A stretch of 64,000 nt of DNA from the NCBI RefSeq assembly GCF_009914755.1, contig NC_060927.1. One strand, 5' to 3'. Shown piece after piece: positions 1-14,274 of this stretch. Within the stretch, counting starts at the first letter, position 1. The number at the start of each line of letters is the position of its first letter. The notes beneath the pieces were generated by a model. The model saw only the letters and a program-made list of their open reading frames with translations. It had not been told where the DNA came from and made no database searches. The DNA is from the human T2T-CHM13v2.0 reference genome, Homo sapiens. A program made the position numbers and the translations under genes.

Positions 1-369
<369 letters not shown>

Positions 370-437
370 ATTATTATTATTAAGGAAGAATTCTGATTCT
401 GAAAATTGTAAAACACAAACACATGTAAAGGAAAAAG

Positions 438-760
438 ACCAGGCATAGTGGCTCACACCTGTAATCCCAGCACTTTGGGAAGTCAAGGCAGGTGAATTGC
501 TTGAGCCCAGGAGTTCAAGACCAACCTGGGCAACATGACAAAATCCCATCTCTATGAAAAATACAACAACAACAAAAATTAGCCAGGCATGGTGGCATGC
601 ACCTGTAGTCCCAGCTACATGGGAAGCTGAGGTGGGAGGATTGATTGAGACTGGGTGGTTGAGGCTGCAGTGAGCCTCAACCAGGGCACCACTGCATGCC
701 AGCCTGTACAACAGAGCAAGGCCTTGTCTCAAAAAGAAAATAAAAATAAATAAAAAAGAA
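438..760 (+). mobile_element. Alu, old AluJ-like
   Basis: Dimeric Alu with ctgtaatcccagcactttggga; J-type ttgcttgagcccaggagttc and gaggctgcagtgagc; A-rich tail. Confidence 0.93.
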
Positions 761-1735
761 AACAAAAATTAGCTATGACCTCACAACCCAGAGATAACCT
801 TTATTAATATTTTGAAGCAATTTCTCTAGTCATTTCCTATACATTTATTTCCACATCTGTAATCAGTGCTATATATAGTTTTGACTACCTTTCCAATTAT
901 TCCATTATGAGTATTTTTCAATGTCACCAAAAATGTCTTCAAAGTATTCTTTACAATGACTACAAAATTTCCCTTTAGATGAATATACCACAAGTCACGT
1001 ATTTATTTTAATAACTCATTATTTTCTAATCACAAAATAATTGTGTCCATTTGTAAAATTAGAAAACGTAATACATAAATCACCCATAATCTTATTGCTC
1101 AGATATAGCCACTATTAATATTTTTATATATTTCCTTTTAGTATTTTTCTATGATTAGCTATTATGTACTTAAAATAATTGAGGTCATACATTACAAGTA
1201 TTTTCCAATGTCATTAAAATGCTTTCAAAATATAATTTTTAGTGCCTGTAAAAAATTATACATGTCTGATATCACTTCCTTACTGGTAAGAATGAAACAC
1301 ATTTTTAGCCAACAAGGACAGAAAATGTCCAGAAATAGAAGGAAAAGGCCTGTATAAGGCCATGCCTCCTAAGTCAAGAGGTTCTTTAGAAAAAGAATCA
1401 GACTTGCTTGGCATACAAAAGCCGGTGGTTCCTTCTAAAACTCAGGTCACCAAATCCAAGGGAGGGTACCTGTTTGAGTCACAGCTCTTTCACTTACAAG
1501 TAACAGAAGCCCTTCCTAAGCAAGCTTAAGAAAAAAATCAACAACAGAAAAAAATTAATAGAGATAAGAAAGATAGAAAAGGAGGCAAGAGAAGAAATTT
1601 ATTAGCCGAGGTAAATAATAAGTTCCATCACTGCTGAATCCAGAGGCTCAAATGACATCTTTATGACTTTCTTATTCATTATCTCTCATCTCTGTCTATG
1701 TTGGCTTCATTCTCTCTCAATATGGACAATGTGAG

Positions 1736-4022
1736 TGATATGGTTTGGTTATGTTCTCACCCAAATCTCAACTTGAATTGTATCTCCCAGAATTCCCACC
1801 TGTTGTGGGAGGGAGCCCGGAATAGGTAATTGAATCATGGGCTCCAGTCTTTCCCATGCTTTTCTAATGATAGTGAACAAGTCTCACAAGATCTGATAGA
1901 TTTATTAAGGGTTTCCACTTTAGCTTCTTCCTCATTTTCTCTTGCCGCCACCATGTAAGAAGTGCCTTTCACCTCCCACCATGATTCTGAGGCCTCCCTA
2001 GCCATGAGGAACTGTAAGTCCAATTAACATTTTTTTTCTTCCCAGTCTCGGGTATGTCTTTATCAGCAATGTGATAATGGACTAATACAGTAAATTGGTA
2101 TCAGTAGAGTGGGGCGTTGCTGAAAAGATACCCAAAAATGTGGAATCAACTTTGGAACTGGGTAACAGGCGGAGGTTGGAACAGATTAGAGGGCTCAGAA
2201 GAAGACAGGAAAATGTGGGAAAGTTTGGAACTCCATAGAGACTTGTTGAATGGCTTTGACCAAAATGCTGATAATGATATGATCAATAAGGTCCAGGCTA
2301 AAGTGGTCTCAGATGGAGATGAGAAACTTGTTGGGAACTGGCACAAAGGCGACTCTTGTTATATTTTAGCAAAGAGATTGGGGCATTTTGCCCCCGTCCT
2401 AGAGACTTGTAGAACTTTGAACTTGAGAGAGATGATTTAGGGTATCTGGCAGAAGAAATTACTAAGAGCAAAGCATTCAAAATCTGACTTGGGTACCATT
2501 AAAGGCATTCAGTTTTAAAAGGGAAAGAGAGCATAAAATGTCAGAAAATTTGCAGCCTGACTATGTGATAAAAACGGAAAATCCGTTTTCTGGGGAGAAA
2601 TTCAAGCCGGCTGCAGAAATGTACATAAATAGCAAGGAGCCTAATGTTTTTCCCCAACACTATGGGGAAAATGTCTCCAGGCCATGTCAGAGATCTTCAG
2701 GGCAGCCCCTCTCATTACAGGTCCTGAGGCCCAGGAGGAAAAAGTGGGTTTGTGAGCCTGGCCCAGAGTCCCGTGCTGTGTGCAGCCTAGGGACTTGGTG
2801 CCCTGTGTCCCAGCCACTCCAGCCGGGGCTGAAAGGGGTCAGCATATAGCTTGGGCTGTGGCTTCAGAGGGTGGAAGCCCCAAGGCTTGGCAGCTTCCAC
2901 ATGGTGTTGAGCCTGTGCGTGGGTGCACAGAAGTCAAGAATTGAGGTCTGGGAACCTCTGCTTAGATTTCAGAAGATGTTTGGAAACGCCCGATGCCCAG
3001 GCAAAAGTTTGCTGCAGGGGCAGGGCCCTCATGCAGAACTTCTGCTAGGGCAGTGCAGAAGGGAAATGTGGGGCACAGCCCCCACACAGAGGCCCTAGCG
3101 GGGAGCTGCCTAATGGAGCTGTGAGAAGAGAGCCACCATCCTCCAGACCCCAGAATGATAGATCCACCAACAGCTTGCACCATGCACCTGGAAAAGCTGC
3201 AGACACTCAATGTCAGCCCATGAAAGCAGCCGGGAGGGAGGCTATAGCCTGCAAAACCACAGAGGCGGAGCTACCCAAATCCATGGGCACCCACCTCTTG
3301 CATCAGCGTGACCTGGAGGTGAGACCTGGGTCAAAGGAGATCATTTTGGAGCTTTAAAATTTGACTGCTCCGCTGGATTTTGGACTTGCATGGGCCCTGT
3401 AAACTCCTTTGTTTTGCCCAATTTCTCCCATTTGGAATGGCTGTATTTACCCAATACCTGTACTCTCATTGTATCTAGGAAGTAACTAGCTTGCTTTTGA
3501 TTTTACAGGCTCATAGGCCGAAGGGACTTGCCTTGTCTCAGATGAGACTTTGGACTGTAGACTTTTGGGTTAATACTAAAATGACTTAAGACTTTCGGGG
3601 ACTATCAGGAAGGCATGATTGGTTTTGAAATGTGAGGACATGAGATTTGGAGAGGCCAGGGATGGAAAGATATGGTTTGGCTGTGTCCCCACCCAAGTCT
3701 CATCTTGAATTGTATCTCCCAGAATTCCCATGTGTTGTGGGAGGGACCCGGGGGAGGTAATTGAATCATGGGGGCTGGTCTTTCTCGTGTTATTCTTGTG
3801 ATGGTTAATAAGTCTCATGAGATCTGATGGGTTTATCAGGGCTTTCCACTTTTGCTTCTTCCTCATTTTCTCTTACCACTGCCATGTGAGAAGTGCCTTT
3901 TGCCTCTCGCCCCGATTCTGAGGCCTTCCCAGCCGTGTCGAACTGTTAAGTCCAATCAAACCTCTTTTTTTTCCTAGTCTCGGGTATGTCTTTATCAGCA
4001 GCGTGAAAACAGAACTAATACA
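1736..4022 (+). mobile_element. Full-length THE1A MaLR element (5' LTR 1736-2089, internal region 2090-3667, 3' LTR 3668-4022)
   Basis: Both LTRs run tgatatggtttgg...ctaataca and carry the THE1A-type gtatctcccagaattccc; internal region starts gtaaattggta; 5-bp TSD gtgag (1731-1735) / gtggg (4023-4027); track ORFs between 2117 and 3357 are fragments of the decayed internal ORF. Confidence 0.93.
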
Positions 4023-4552
4023 GTGGGTATTTTCCTGAAAGACAGCTTATCTTATGACTCTCCAGGTTATAACATCTTTATAGTTATTGATCCCTGAAAA
4101 AGAGTATTTTTTTTTTCTAATGGCTCCTAAAGAAAATTGCCTGTGAGGATTCTGGTTGCTTAAGGTGAACCAATCAGTGTTCTCAGGGGCAAAGAATGCC
4201 AGATTGACAAAGCTGGTTCCTGGGGACCACACCTGGTGGGGTGTAGGAGAGTCAGTGCTACTAAACTGCAGAGTAGGAGAAGGGGAGTTCTCCAAATAAG
4301 GAATAAATGCTGGCAGAGTCACATCAAAGCAGGTAAGAGATCGATGATTACACCATCATAGGCAGCAGGATCATGAGGGGGGAAAGGGAAGCAGGCAAGG
4401 AGTGATTCCAACATTCACACACATTCGGGAGCCAGGGGCAGGAATAAGGACCTCAGTGGGGTTGGACCCTGCAAATACACCTGAATTTATTTAACCATGC
4501 CCCTACTGTTAACCATATAGATTGCTTTCCAGCTTCCTTCTACATCAGTTAC

Positions 4553-4905
4553 TGTTATGGTTTCGCTCTGTGTCCCCACCAAAATCTCATCTCGAATTAT
4601 AATCCCCTTGTCTTGAGAGAGGGAAGTGATTGGAGCATGGGGGCAGTCTCCCCATGCTGTTCTCATGATAGTGAGTGAATTCTCATGAGATCTGATGGTT
4701 TAAAAGTGGCAGTTTTTTCCTGTACGCTCACTTCTCCCTCCTGCCACTTTATGAAGTAGGTGCCTGCTTCCCCTTCTGTCTTGATTATAAGTTTCCTGAG
4801 GCCTCCCCAGCCATGTGGAACTATGAGTCAATTAAACCTCTTTCCTTTATAAATTACCCAGTCTCGGGTAGTATCTTTATAGCAGTGTGAAAACAGACTA
4901 AGACT
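4553..4905 (+). mobile_element. THE1D-like solo LTR
   Basis: tgttatggtttcgctctgtgtcccc...aaattacccagtctcgggtagtatctttatagcagtgtgaaaacagact; perfect TSD gttac (4548-4552 / 4906-4910). Confidence 0.9.
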
Positions 4906-7302
4906 GTTACTCTGCTAAGAATTACTTTCTTTTTCATTTATTTTGAAGTCATATTTCTTTCTTTATGATTGTAAAATAAACATATGTTCACAATAAAATG
5001 CAGATATGTTCATAATAAAATGCAGAAAGATAAATATCTATATTTTTGCCATCCAGGAGCAACCAAATGTCTGCATGTGTATAAACACACATATACATGT
5101 GTATATATACATATACAAAATTAATATCATACTTCAAAATTTTTTGTGTATGATTTTATTTAAAACTAAACCAGAAAGATTTTCTGTCATTGAATAGTCT
5201 TTCATATCAGAATTCTAATAGCTACATATTTCATCATATAACTTTTATCAAAAATGTTTAACCATTTCTTGATTTGGGGACATTTAAGCTATATCCATTT
5301 CTCCACTATTATATCTATATTAGGTATAAATACATGTCTGCATCTCTAATTATTTCTTTTGCATAGATTTCTGGGAGTGGTGAAACTGGGCTGAAGTATG
5401 TGAACAACCTTATGAGTACAAACACGGACTAGCCTGGAGCCAGCCATAGCAAGGTGTAAGGTAAGGGGAAATGACTACATTCTACAAAGGCTCAGACAAC
5501 GGGCATGGGGATGGTGAGAAGCCAAGAAGAACTAAGTTGAACATGAAGGCTATAGCACTTGCCTCATGAGGCAAAAAAATGAGATTTCTTTAGGTTGCTA
5601 TTCAACTAGATTAAATCTTGTTAATAGATGAATTTTAGGGTTTCTTGTTTTAGTTTAGACAGCTGTCCCTAGTGGATTGACCCATAGCAAAACAAGCCCT
5701 CCTTCACCCCTCACCCTCGTTTCACTTCTAATTCAAGTTGAGTCTCATCTGCCCCCAGCTACTCAAGCTGTCCTCAAGGAGAATTACCCCCACCCAGGAA
5801 TGCATATAGAACAAAGTGAAGAATTTTATTTACCAGGAATATTTCATGGTCTTTTTTCACACCACAGTCAGAGAAAGGGAGCACTTCTCAGAGCACTCCA
5901 CAAACTGTTTCGTGGGAAGTAAGGAGAAACAGGGGTGGGGGCAAATAAAGAGCTCTCCAGTGTCCTAGGGCAACCTGGCAGAACTGGCAAGTAGGGGCAG
6001 GAGCCCAGTTAGCTACAGCTGGGAAAGTAGCACTGGGGTGAAGCAGGAGGTGATGAGGGACCACTGTGTGGACCAAAGGAAGTAGGAGAGATTTTTAGGG
6101 GCTGTCATGAATGAGCTTTGAAGAAAAAAACCATGGCTGAAGAGGATTTATGGGATGCTTTCTGGAAGGTGCTATATCTGGTCTGGTTCTTTATGAACAC
6201 CAAGGGTAAAGATACGCATTAATCTTCAAGGCTTCCAGAGGCAACTTCATGCTTCTTTTGAATATGACTCTGTACAGAGACTGGCCCACATGAAACCTGG
6301 AATAACCTTTTAAAAGTGAGCAAAATATGAACCCACCATATTCTCCTTGGAAAGAGGAACCTACTCTGTTTTGCACAGGATATGTAAAATTTATTCACTA
6401 CACTTTCTTCCTCTGTAATACTCCACTTAAACTCTTAATAAATTTCTATTTTGTGGTTGGATTGACTTGTCATGTAATTGTGGAATAGGTATTCTTTTGG
6501 TCTTTGCTCTATAAGTTTCTTTCCTCACCTTACCACATCTGTTAACTAGTAATAGCCCATTATTATGGCAAAAACCTTGCTTTACTTGTCCTTGTATACT
6601 CTACAGATTTGATCCAGAACTTTATACATAGTGTTGCAATATTTGTACTTGCTTGGTTATAGTGAAGGCAGAAAACAATAACAGTGACTGGAAGGAGAAA
6701 TTTTTCAATTATTAAAGAAAAGAAATCTGCTTTGTCTTCTTTTATTCATCAAATCCATAAACATGTATTGAGGATTTAATACAGATGAAACTCTTATTTC
6801 TTCAGTCTATTGTACAATCTGTTATCCTATTCACCTCAAGAATAAGACTTTTCATTTGTTGATCATTTTAAAATTGGTTCTAAGCAAAGGACTTCCTGGA
6901 ACGAAGAAGAAAGCAGAGTTTTGGAAGAAGAAAGTAGTTTTTCTTCCAAAGTCATGGCCTCTATTGTCCTGGGGAGTTCTAAAGGGCAAAGCACCCTTTT
7001 TGTATTGAGATGTTTATGGTTCCTTAATCAAGAAGTGCTGTGGCTGGATAATTAAGGTAGGTACTTGACTTAGTTTATCCTACCTGAGGATGAGAGAAAA
7101 GAACTGCAGAGGTCCAAAGGTTTGAGAAGGGAGGAGGCCTTAGGATACTAGCCTCAAAATGAAACAAGGTGTCTCAGAGGCAAGAGATGTCAGAATACCC
7201 TCCTCAAAGAAACCGTGGTCCTGAAGAAAACTGAGCAGGGACTTCAAGAATTAAATATATGTGTGTGCTCTACTACACTAGAGTAAGAAGACAAATGGAG
7301 TA

Positions 7303-7660
7303 TGTATTAGTCCACTTCCATACTGCTATGAAGAAATACCTGAGACTGGGTAATTTATAAAGAAAAAGAGGTTAAATGGACTCCCAGTTCCACATGGCTG
7401 GGGAGGCCTCACAATCATGATGGAAGGTGAAGGAGAAGCAAAGCCATGTCTTACATGGTGGCAGGGAGGAGAGCATGTGCAGGGGAACTGCCCTTCATAA
7501 AACCATCAGATCTCATAAGACTTACTATCAGGAGAACAGCATGGGAAAACCCACCCCCATGATTCGGTTACCTTCCACTGGTCCCTCCCACAACACGTGG
7601 GGATTATGGGAGCTAGAGTTCAAGATGAGATTTGGGTGGGGACACAGCCAAACCATATCA
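7303..7660 (-). mobile_element. THE1C/B-like solo LTR
   Basis: tgtattagtcc...ggggacacagccaaaccatatca is the reverse complement of a THE1 LTR; perfect TSD gagta (7298-7302 / 7661-7665). Confidence 0.92.
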
Positions 7661-8599
7661 GAGTAGAAGGAAGATAACAGAGTGGTGCTGTGCTCTTCAA
7701 ATAATTATTGGTGTCTCCTTTCACCACGTTGACTTCCCACCAAAAACCTGGCACACAAACCAGACATCATCCTGTTTTCTGCTAGTCTCACAGGCCATAT
7801 GAAAGCAGGCACTTTGTCACTAATAAGGGAATTAGGATTACTGGGGGAGAGACAGGGGGATATTGTAGAGTGATCAATCCTTCATGTTTGCCTGGGACCC
7901 TCTAGGCTTTAACATAGAAAGTCTAGTGTCCCAGGAAACTCTCAGTTCCTTTGAAAACCATACAGTTAACTCCTCTCACCTACCTGGAGTGGTCTTACAG
8001 AAAATTCAATTATGCATGGATTCATATACATACTTTTTTTTTACAACTTCAAAATGTCTAGATTGCATCTGCACAAATATCAGTTATTCAGTTATAAAAC
8101 CAGAAAGGCAGTGAGTATTGGACAAGACCAAATATGGAAAGTGTGGGAAATCAGCTTGTGAATGAATTTGGAAACATCTCATTGCAAACACAGAAGGGGG
8201 CTATCTTGCCATGTTTTGAGGCAGCAAATATAGAAATATAGAGCATTTACTTTTTACTCCTTTAAAATATGTTGAATGCAGTTGATATTCTCTTTATTAT
8301 GGATATAAGTTTTAGTATCAATAAAGGTTTTTGTTTGTTCGTTTTAGATATAATAAATGTAACTATTTACAAGGGATTTCCTTGGTTAGTTTGCAACCAG
8401 CCACCAGCCAGTGCTTCTCATAGTCTTCACTTTTTCAGGTGTGAATTATACTAACATGACATGAAGAATGCAAACCCTGTACTTAAAGAAGTGTTGTTTT
8501 TTCTTAATGTTCTGCTGAGAACCATCAGCTTCACATACTGCTGACACTACATGTTCAGGGCCTCTAACCTAAACCAGGCACTCGACATTGCCAAGTCCT

Positions 8600-9780
8600 C
8601 TCCACACTCTCCTCCAAATGCTAACCTTACCACAGCCTCCCCATCTTTTCTATAATAATTCACAGAGAACACAGGATGCACTAAAATGTCACCTCCTTGC
8701 CCTCCTACCAGAAGACCCTCAACTCTAGCACCACCCACACCTGTTTCACCCTTGCTCTGGTCATAGTAAAATAATGCTTTTCCTGTCCAAGGCTTATCCC
8801 CTACCTGTGCTGACTATACTGGCCCCCATCTCGGGAGCCCCAAACCATAAACTATCATCATCTCTGCATCCATATACTTTCAGCTGCTTTTTCTCTATGG
8901 CTCCCATCTTCAGCATTTGGACATAAGCAACTCACTTCCACCTGAAAACAAATTATTTTTCTATCCCAGTTGTTTTCAGCTCTGTCTGCTCATTAGAATC
9001 ACCTGGGTGTTTAATACATTTATGGTACCCAGACTTTACCTCATAACAATCAAGTCAGAATTGCCAGGGGTTGGGGCCAAGCATGGAAATTTTTTCAAGC
9101 TCCTCACATGATTCTAATGTGCAGCCAGAGTTAAGAAACACTGATCTAACCTAATCTATCCCTCCACCTACCCTCATTTGTCCTCATTCATCATTAAACT
9201 TGACTTGCTGCCTCCCTTTTCTGACCGCTCATTCATGCCTCTACCACTATAATTTGGCTCAGTGCACTCCACTCCCCAATGCCTCCCAATGCCTCAAGGT
9301 CACTGAAGAACTTATCATTGCTAAATTCCTCTTTTCAGTCATTACCTTATTTGACTGGGCAGCATTGACCTTGCTAACCATTCCTTCCTTCTTGAAGCAT
9401 TCTGCTTTTCTCTGCTAGCTTTCCTCTTATCCTCCTTGCCTTCTTTTATTCTTAGGGTCTTAGAATTCATCCTTATCCTTCTCTCTCTACACATTCTTGT
9501 TGGGCAATCTCATTCACTCTCTGGGCTTTCACTGCCATCCATATGTTAATGACTCCCAAAAAGCCTAAACAGCTTTCCTGGACATCCCTCTATCCAACTG
9601 CCTTCAAATAGCTTTATTTGGATATCTCAGTAGCACCTTCCATGCTATGACTGAAACACATTATTTCTTCATTGTTTCCTATTTCAATTTGTATCCAGTT
9701 GCCCAAATAATGTTGGCATTACCCTTGACTTGCTCTCTCAAACCCCCATCCAGTCAGCCATGTATCTTCATTTAGAAATG
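8600..9780 (+). mobile_element. Ancient L2 fragments interrupted by a MER5A-like MITE (about 8967-9143)
   Basis: C/T-rich L2-like text (tcaaggtcactgaagaacttatcattgctaaattcc, ggcaatctcattcactctctgggctttcactgccatccatatgttaatgactccca); MER5 motifs attagaatcacctggg and tgattctaatgtgcagccagagttaagaaacactg. Confidence 0.65.
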
Positions 9781-12700
9781 CTGACTAAATCTAGAAACCC
9801 TTAGACCTAAATGTGCTCTACAAATCTAAGCATTTTAATTCTATAAACTAGTCAGAAATAAATAACCCTAATAAAAACTCTTGGTGTATCTGTTGCAAGA
9901 TTTATTATGTATTTATAAATACTATGGGCATATTAAATATTTGAAAATGTGTTATGATTTATTGTATACTGCTTACAAATTCTACTTGCTTTCCCTTTCT
10001 AAAAAGAATCATGCAGCTGTTCATTGAAAGAGACACATATTTTAGTTTTCTTGCACTGTTTCAGCTAAGAAGATGTGGTCCATATGTGATGGGAACCCTG
10101 GAGAAAAGATCAATTTTGGGGATGATACTATACTCCTGGTTAAAATTCTGTGACCATCAGATGTTTGTTCTCAAAGGGAACAATGCAAAAAAAAAGTTAT
10201 AAAAGCTGTTTTTCTTACCCTTTTACTAAACCACAGTTACTAAAATATAAAATAAGTTCCAGTTACCAGTTCTAAGAGAGGCTGCTTTTCCATAGGACTC
10301 CTATGTGGCTTTTAGGAATTCTTGGGGTTAATAATTTGTCTTAACATCAAACCCTGCTTCATTTCTTTTTGTCCATCTGCACATTTTGCATGCGTAGAAG
10401 CTGTTAGTGCGCATATGTATCCCATCCTTTGCACATGGAATGAATATGCTTTCAAAAAGCAGGCTTATAAGAGTTCTAAAGGAGGCAGTGAGTACTTGGA
10501 GGGGGTCCAGCCTCATGCTGCAGATGGTGCCACTGCAGTGGGGAGGGAGGTGTAGTTCACAGCTCCAGATCAGCTGGTCTTTGCTCCATGGACCCTTTCT
10601 GCTCTTGAATGGATGGAAACAATTCTGTGCATTTACTACGTATAAGATGTTTTCACATGGCACTAAGTAGTAAATTCATGAAGGAAAACACAAGGCTATT
10701 TTTAATGAATGCAGAATAATGTCTGCTCCCCTTTATTTGAAACTTGGAGGAAAAAATTTAGTGTAAAGGCTAAAACCAGTGTCAGTGTTTGATAATAATG
10801 AAGAAGAAGAATAGTGATCATCAAACTTTCTAACTTGCTGTGAAAGGGGAAACAAGTAACAATGGGCCAGTTATGATCTTGGGAGTGTCTCAATTTTTTT
10901 CACGTAGCTCCACAGAAAGCCAGTTGTCTGTGAATGTAATGGTTTATATGGGTTTAAGTCATGCTACTGCCTGAGAAGGCTGCTAGATGGGAAGGAAGAG
11001 GGAGGGAGGATTTGATGTAAGAAAGAACATTTCAAATATTAGGATGGGATAGTTAGGGAGCATTTGGAATGTCTAATCTTGAATTCAGTCTTTTTTTACG
11101 CCTAAGTTTGTAGCTGTAAGTTAAAGTTGTAATAAATGTTGGGATTGAGAGCAAAGTAACCTTTGCTGGCTCCTTACTGGTTTTGACACTGAGCTCCAGC
11201 CACAAAGCAACTGTATTTGGGAATAGTGGCTGACAGCTCAGGTCAGGCCTGGAAACCAGAGGAAAGGGACAGAATTACTTTGGAAGATTCTTTTTACTTT
11301 TATCTTGCACTCCTCAGTGCCTAGCACATCTCTTCATACATAGTTGGCACTCAAAAATGTTTGTTGAGCTGATGATTTGCTACCAACTGGACAAACACAA
11401 TAAAGGGAGGGGACAGAAGACATGGAGATACTTAATTGAGCTTGTGCAGATGAGCAAGAATTGCCCAAAATAGTTAAGAGTGACCCCAAGGGAGGGAAAG
11501 AGGAAGGAGAAGTGGCTGATGTGCCCTGTCTCAGATCTTTTGATGGGATGACAACACAAATGCTTTGATTCTCAGATAAGGCAAAGCAATGAGAATCAAA
11601 TGTGATCTAAACCATTTACAAGGAAAGGCACAGTTTGCTTTGGAAGGATAATTTGGGGATGTCATATTTACACATACATTCATACTGGGAATGGACATCC
11701 TACTCAGTAGGGGTCACCCTTGATCCCTCACTAAGGTTTAGCCAGCTAGGAAGCAATGGAGTGGCTGCACCCTCCGAGTTACTTCTTCAACATAGGGTAT
11801 TTCTCAATGGATTTTTTGAAGTACTACATTAATTTGGCAGTTGTTAAAACTGTGATGAAGTGGCTTTAGAGGAAGTACATTGAAAGCAAGACATAGTCTG
11901 TGCATCTTAAGACTGAAGCATCAGCTGTCAGACAGTCAGAGTGGCGGAAAGGGTCACCAAAGGTTAACACATTGTTTTATATGCTTATTCTTTGATAATC
12001 ATTTTTAAGAATTATCTGTTATTCAGAAATGAAGGCTGATGAAATCTTTTATATTAAATTTATTTATAAGCCATCGAGTACCAACTCTGAGGGGCTGTTG
12101 AAGGGTGATTTGTATACAGAGGTTCGCAGCAACTAATAGAATAAATGAGGTTCTCCTGGGGAGGGTACAGAGAGAAAAGCATAGGGCTTGGGACAGACCA
12201 GGTGAGCTTATACCTTTTAGGGAAGCACAGAGTGATAAGCCTCAAAGAAGAGAGAAGGAACAGCCAGACAGAATCACAGGAGAACCAGCAGAAGCCGCTG
12301 GGGGATACAGAAATCATGGGAATTTCCAAAAAGAGGGAGTGAATTTTAATAAATTATAATAATGACATTTATAGATTTATTCCATTATAGTATTTTATTT
12401 TGCTAATTAACTTCTTAGTTCTGCACTTACCTAGATATTTTTGGGCTTAATGATCCACAAACATATGAAACCTACCCAGATGCTTCATGAGCATATACAT
12501 TTTAAATAAGTCTACCATGACATGACTCCTGAATCAAATATTGAATCACATGGTCTGACAGTGAGGCAAAATATTTGACATTGGGTGGTGCTGGAAACTG
12601 TGAGTAAAGGCCAGCCATGGGTGTTTCCTCCCAGCCTTTGCTTTGACACTGAGGAATCATAATCATGATATCTTCATGGGGAAGCCTCTCCATCTCTCAG

Positions 12701-13930
12701 TAATTTTTACTTCCTATATAAAGACTACTTCCCAGGCCTTTATTCCTTTTTTAAAAAATAAAGATCTTTAGGATGATTTCTACTCTAAAATAGTACTCAT
12801 TAGTACTTATTAGAGAAAATCCTCATTACAGAAAATATAAGAAATTGGAGAAAATTACTCATTATACCAAGATCCAGCCTCTGTTAATATTTTTAAGTGC
12901 TTTTCTTTACTGTTTTTTCTGTATAGACTTAAATTTTTCCTTTTTGCAGTTCTGCTTCTTATAAATATTCTATAGGTCAATTTTTTTCCTACTTGACATT
13001 GTATAATACAGCTTCCCACTTTATTATAATGTCCTCATAAAGATTGTTTTTAATGTTTGCATTACATAATTTAATGAGGTCCCTATGGTTAAACATTTGT
13101 ATTAATTTCTGATCTTTACTATCGTAAGGAACTCTGCCTTTCGTGTATTTATTCTTAAAGCTTTTACAATTTGTCACAATATTTAATAGATTAAGAAATA
13201 TGAACGTTTTTGAGGCTATTGATTTAATTTGCTAAATTACTTTCTAAGTCGATTCCCTGTGGTCTGCGATGAGCACAGGCTTTGGAGTCACATCAGGTTG
13301 AATCACAGCTCCCTGGGCTGGAGAGAGACACTTAGAGGCCTTCAGCAACTATAAGTGTGTGGGGCTACCCACACACTCATTTAGGAAACTCAAATAAATA
13401 CAACACCTAGCTGAAAATCGGTTGTGAGGATGGCTCATAATGAATGTTTCCCTGTGGTATCTACTTTAATGTTTTTATTTTTTAACATGAAATTGCAAAT
13501 TCTATTTAAAATTTTTTTCTCAAAAATATTTTTTGAGGGGGGCCTCTACTTGACCAGCGCTATTGGCACATGTTTGGTTCATTTATGGAATCGTCTTTCC
13601 ACAAAGGGTCCTTTGTACCAGTGAGACCTCAGCAAGTCAGTGGATCTCTTTAATCCTTATCCTTAAACTGCAGATAATAATAATACTCATTTCACTGGAA
13701 TAAGGGTTAAATCCATTTGCTTGCTTTGCATACTGCTTGCCATGTAGTAAGCACTGGATAAATGATAGCTGCTGTTATTATTTTTAAAGAGCTACGGGAG
13801 TTTACATTCTCAAATGCCAGCAAAGTACGGCAGTACTCACCATCAAAAAAATCTTTTGTCATGTAGTAGTTTTTAAAAAACAGATTCTCAATCTTGCTTA
13901 ATTTACCTTTCTTTGCTTACTAATGAGGCT

Positions 13931-14033
13931 GAAACTTTTCCATATGTTAATTAATTGGTTATATTCCCATTTAGAATTGCCGAAACTTCTTTTCCAAGTG
14001 TTAGTTAATTGTTTATATTCCCATTTAGAATTG
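13931..14033. repeat. Imperfect tandem duplication, unit about 52 bp
   Basis: gaaact...ttaattg(g/t)ttatattcccatttagaattg occurs twice in succession. Confidence 0.85.
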
Positions 14034-14274
14034 TGTGTTCTATGGGTTCAAACCTCAGTTCTTCAATTTACTTGCACTATTTAGGCCTTTGGCAGTGAGC
14101 AATGGAACACCCAGTTTCCACAGGACTAAATATTAAGGAAATGTACTATCTCCCAAAAGAGGAAGTCCCTAAATAGAGCTGCATGGGGGAAGGGATGAGT
14201 ATGATTAGGGCTCAGACCTTTTTCCCTGAGATGGTGTGGCTCTGCCCCACCCACTTGATCATGAGATCATGCAC

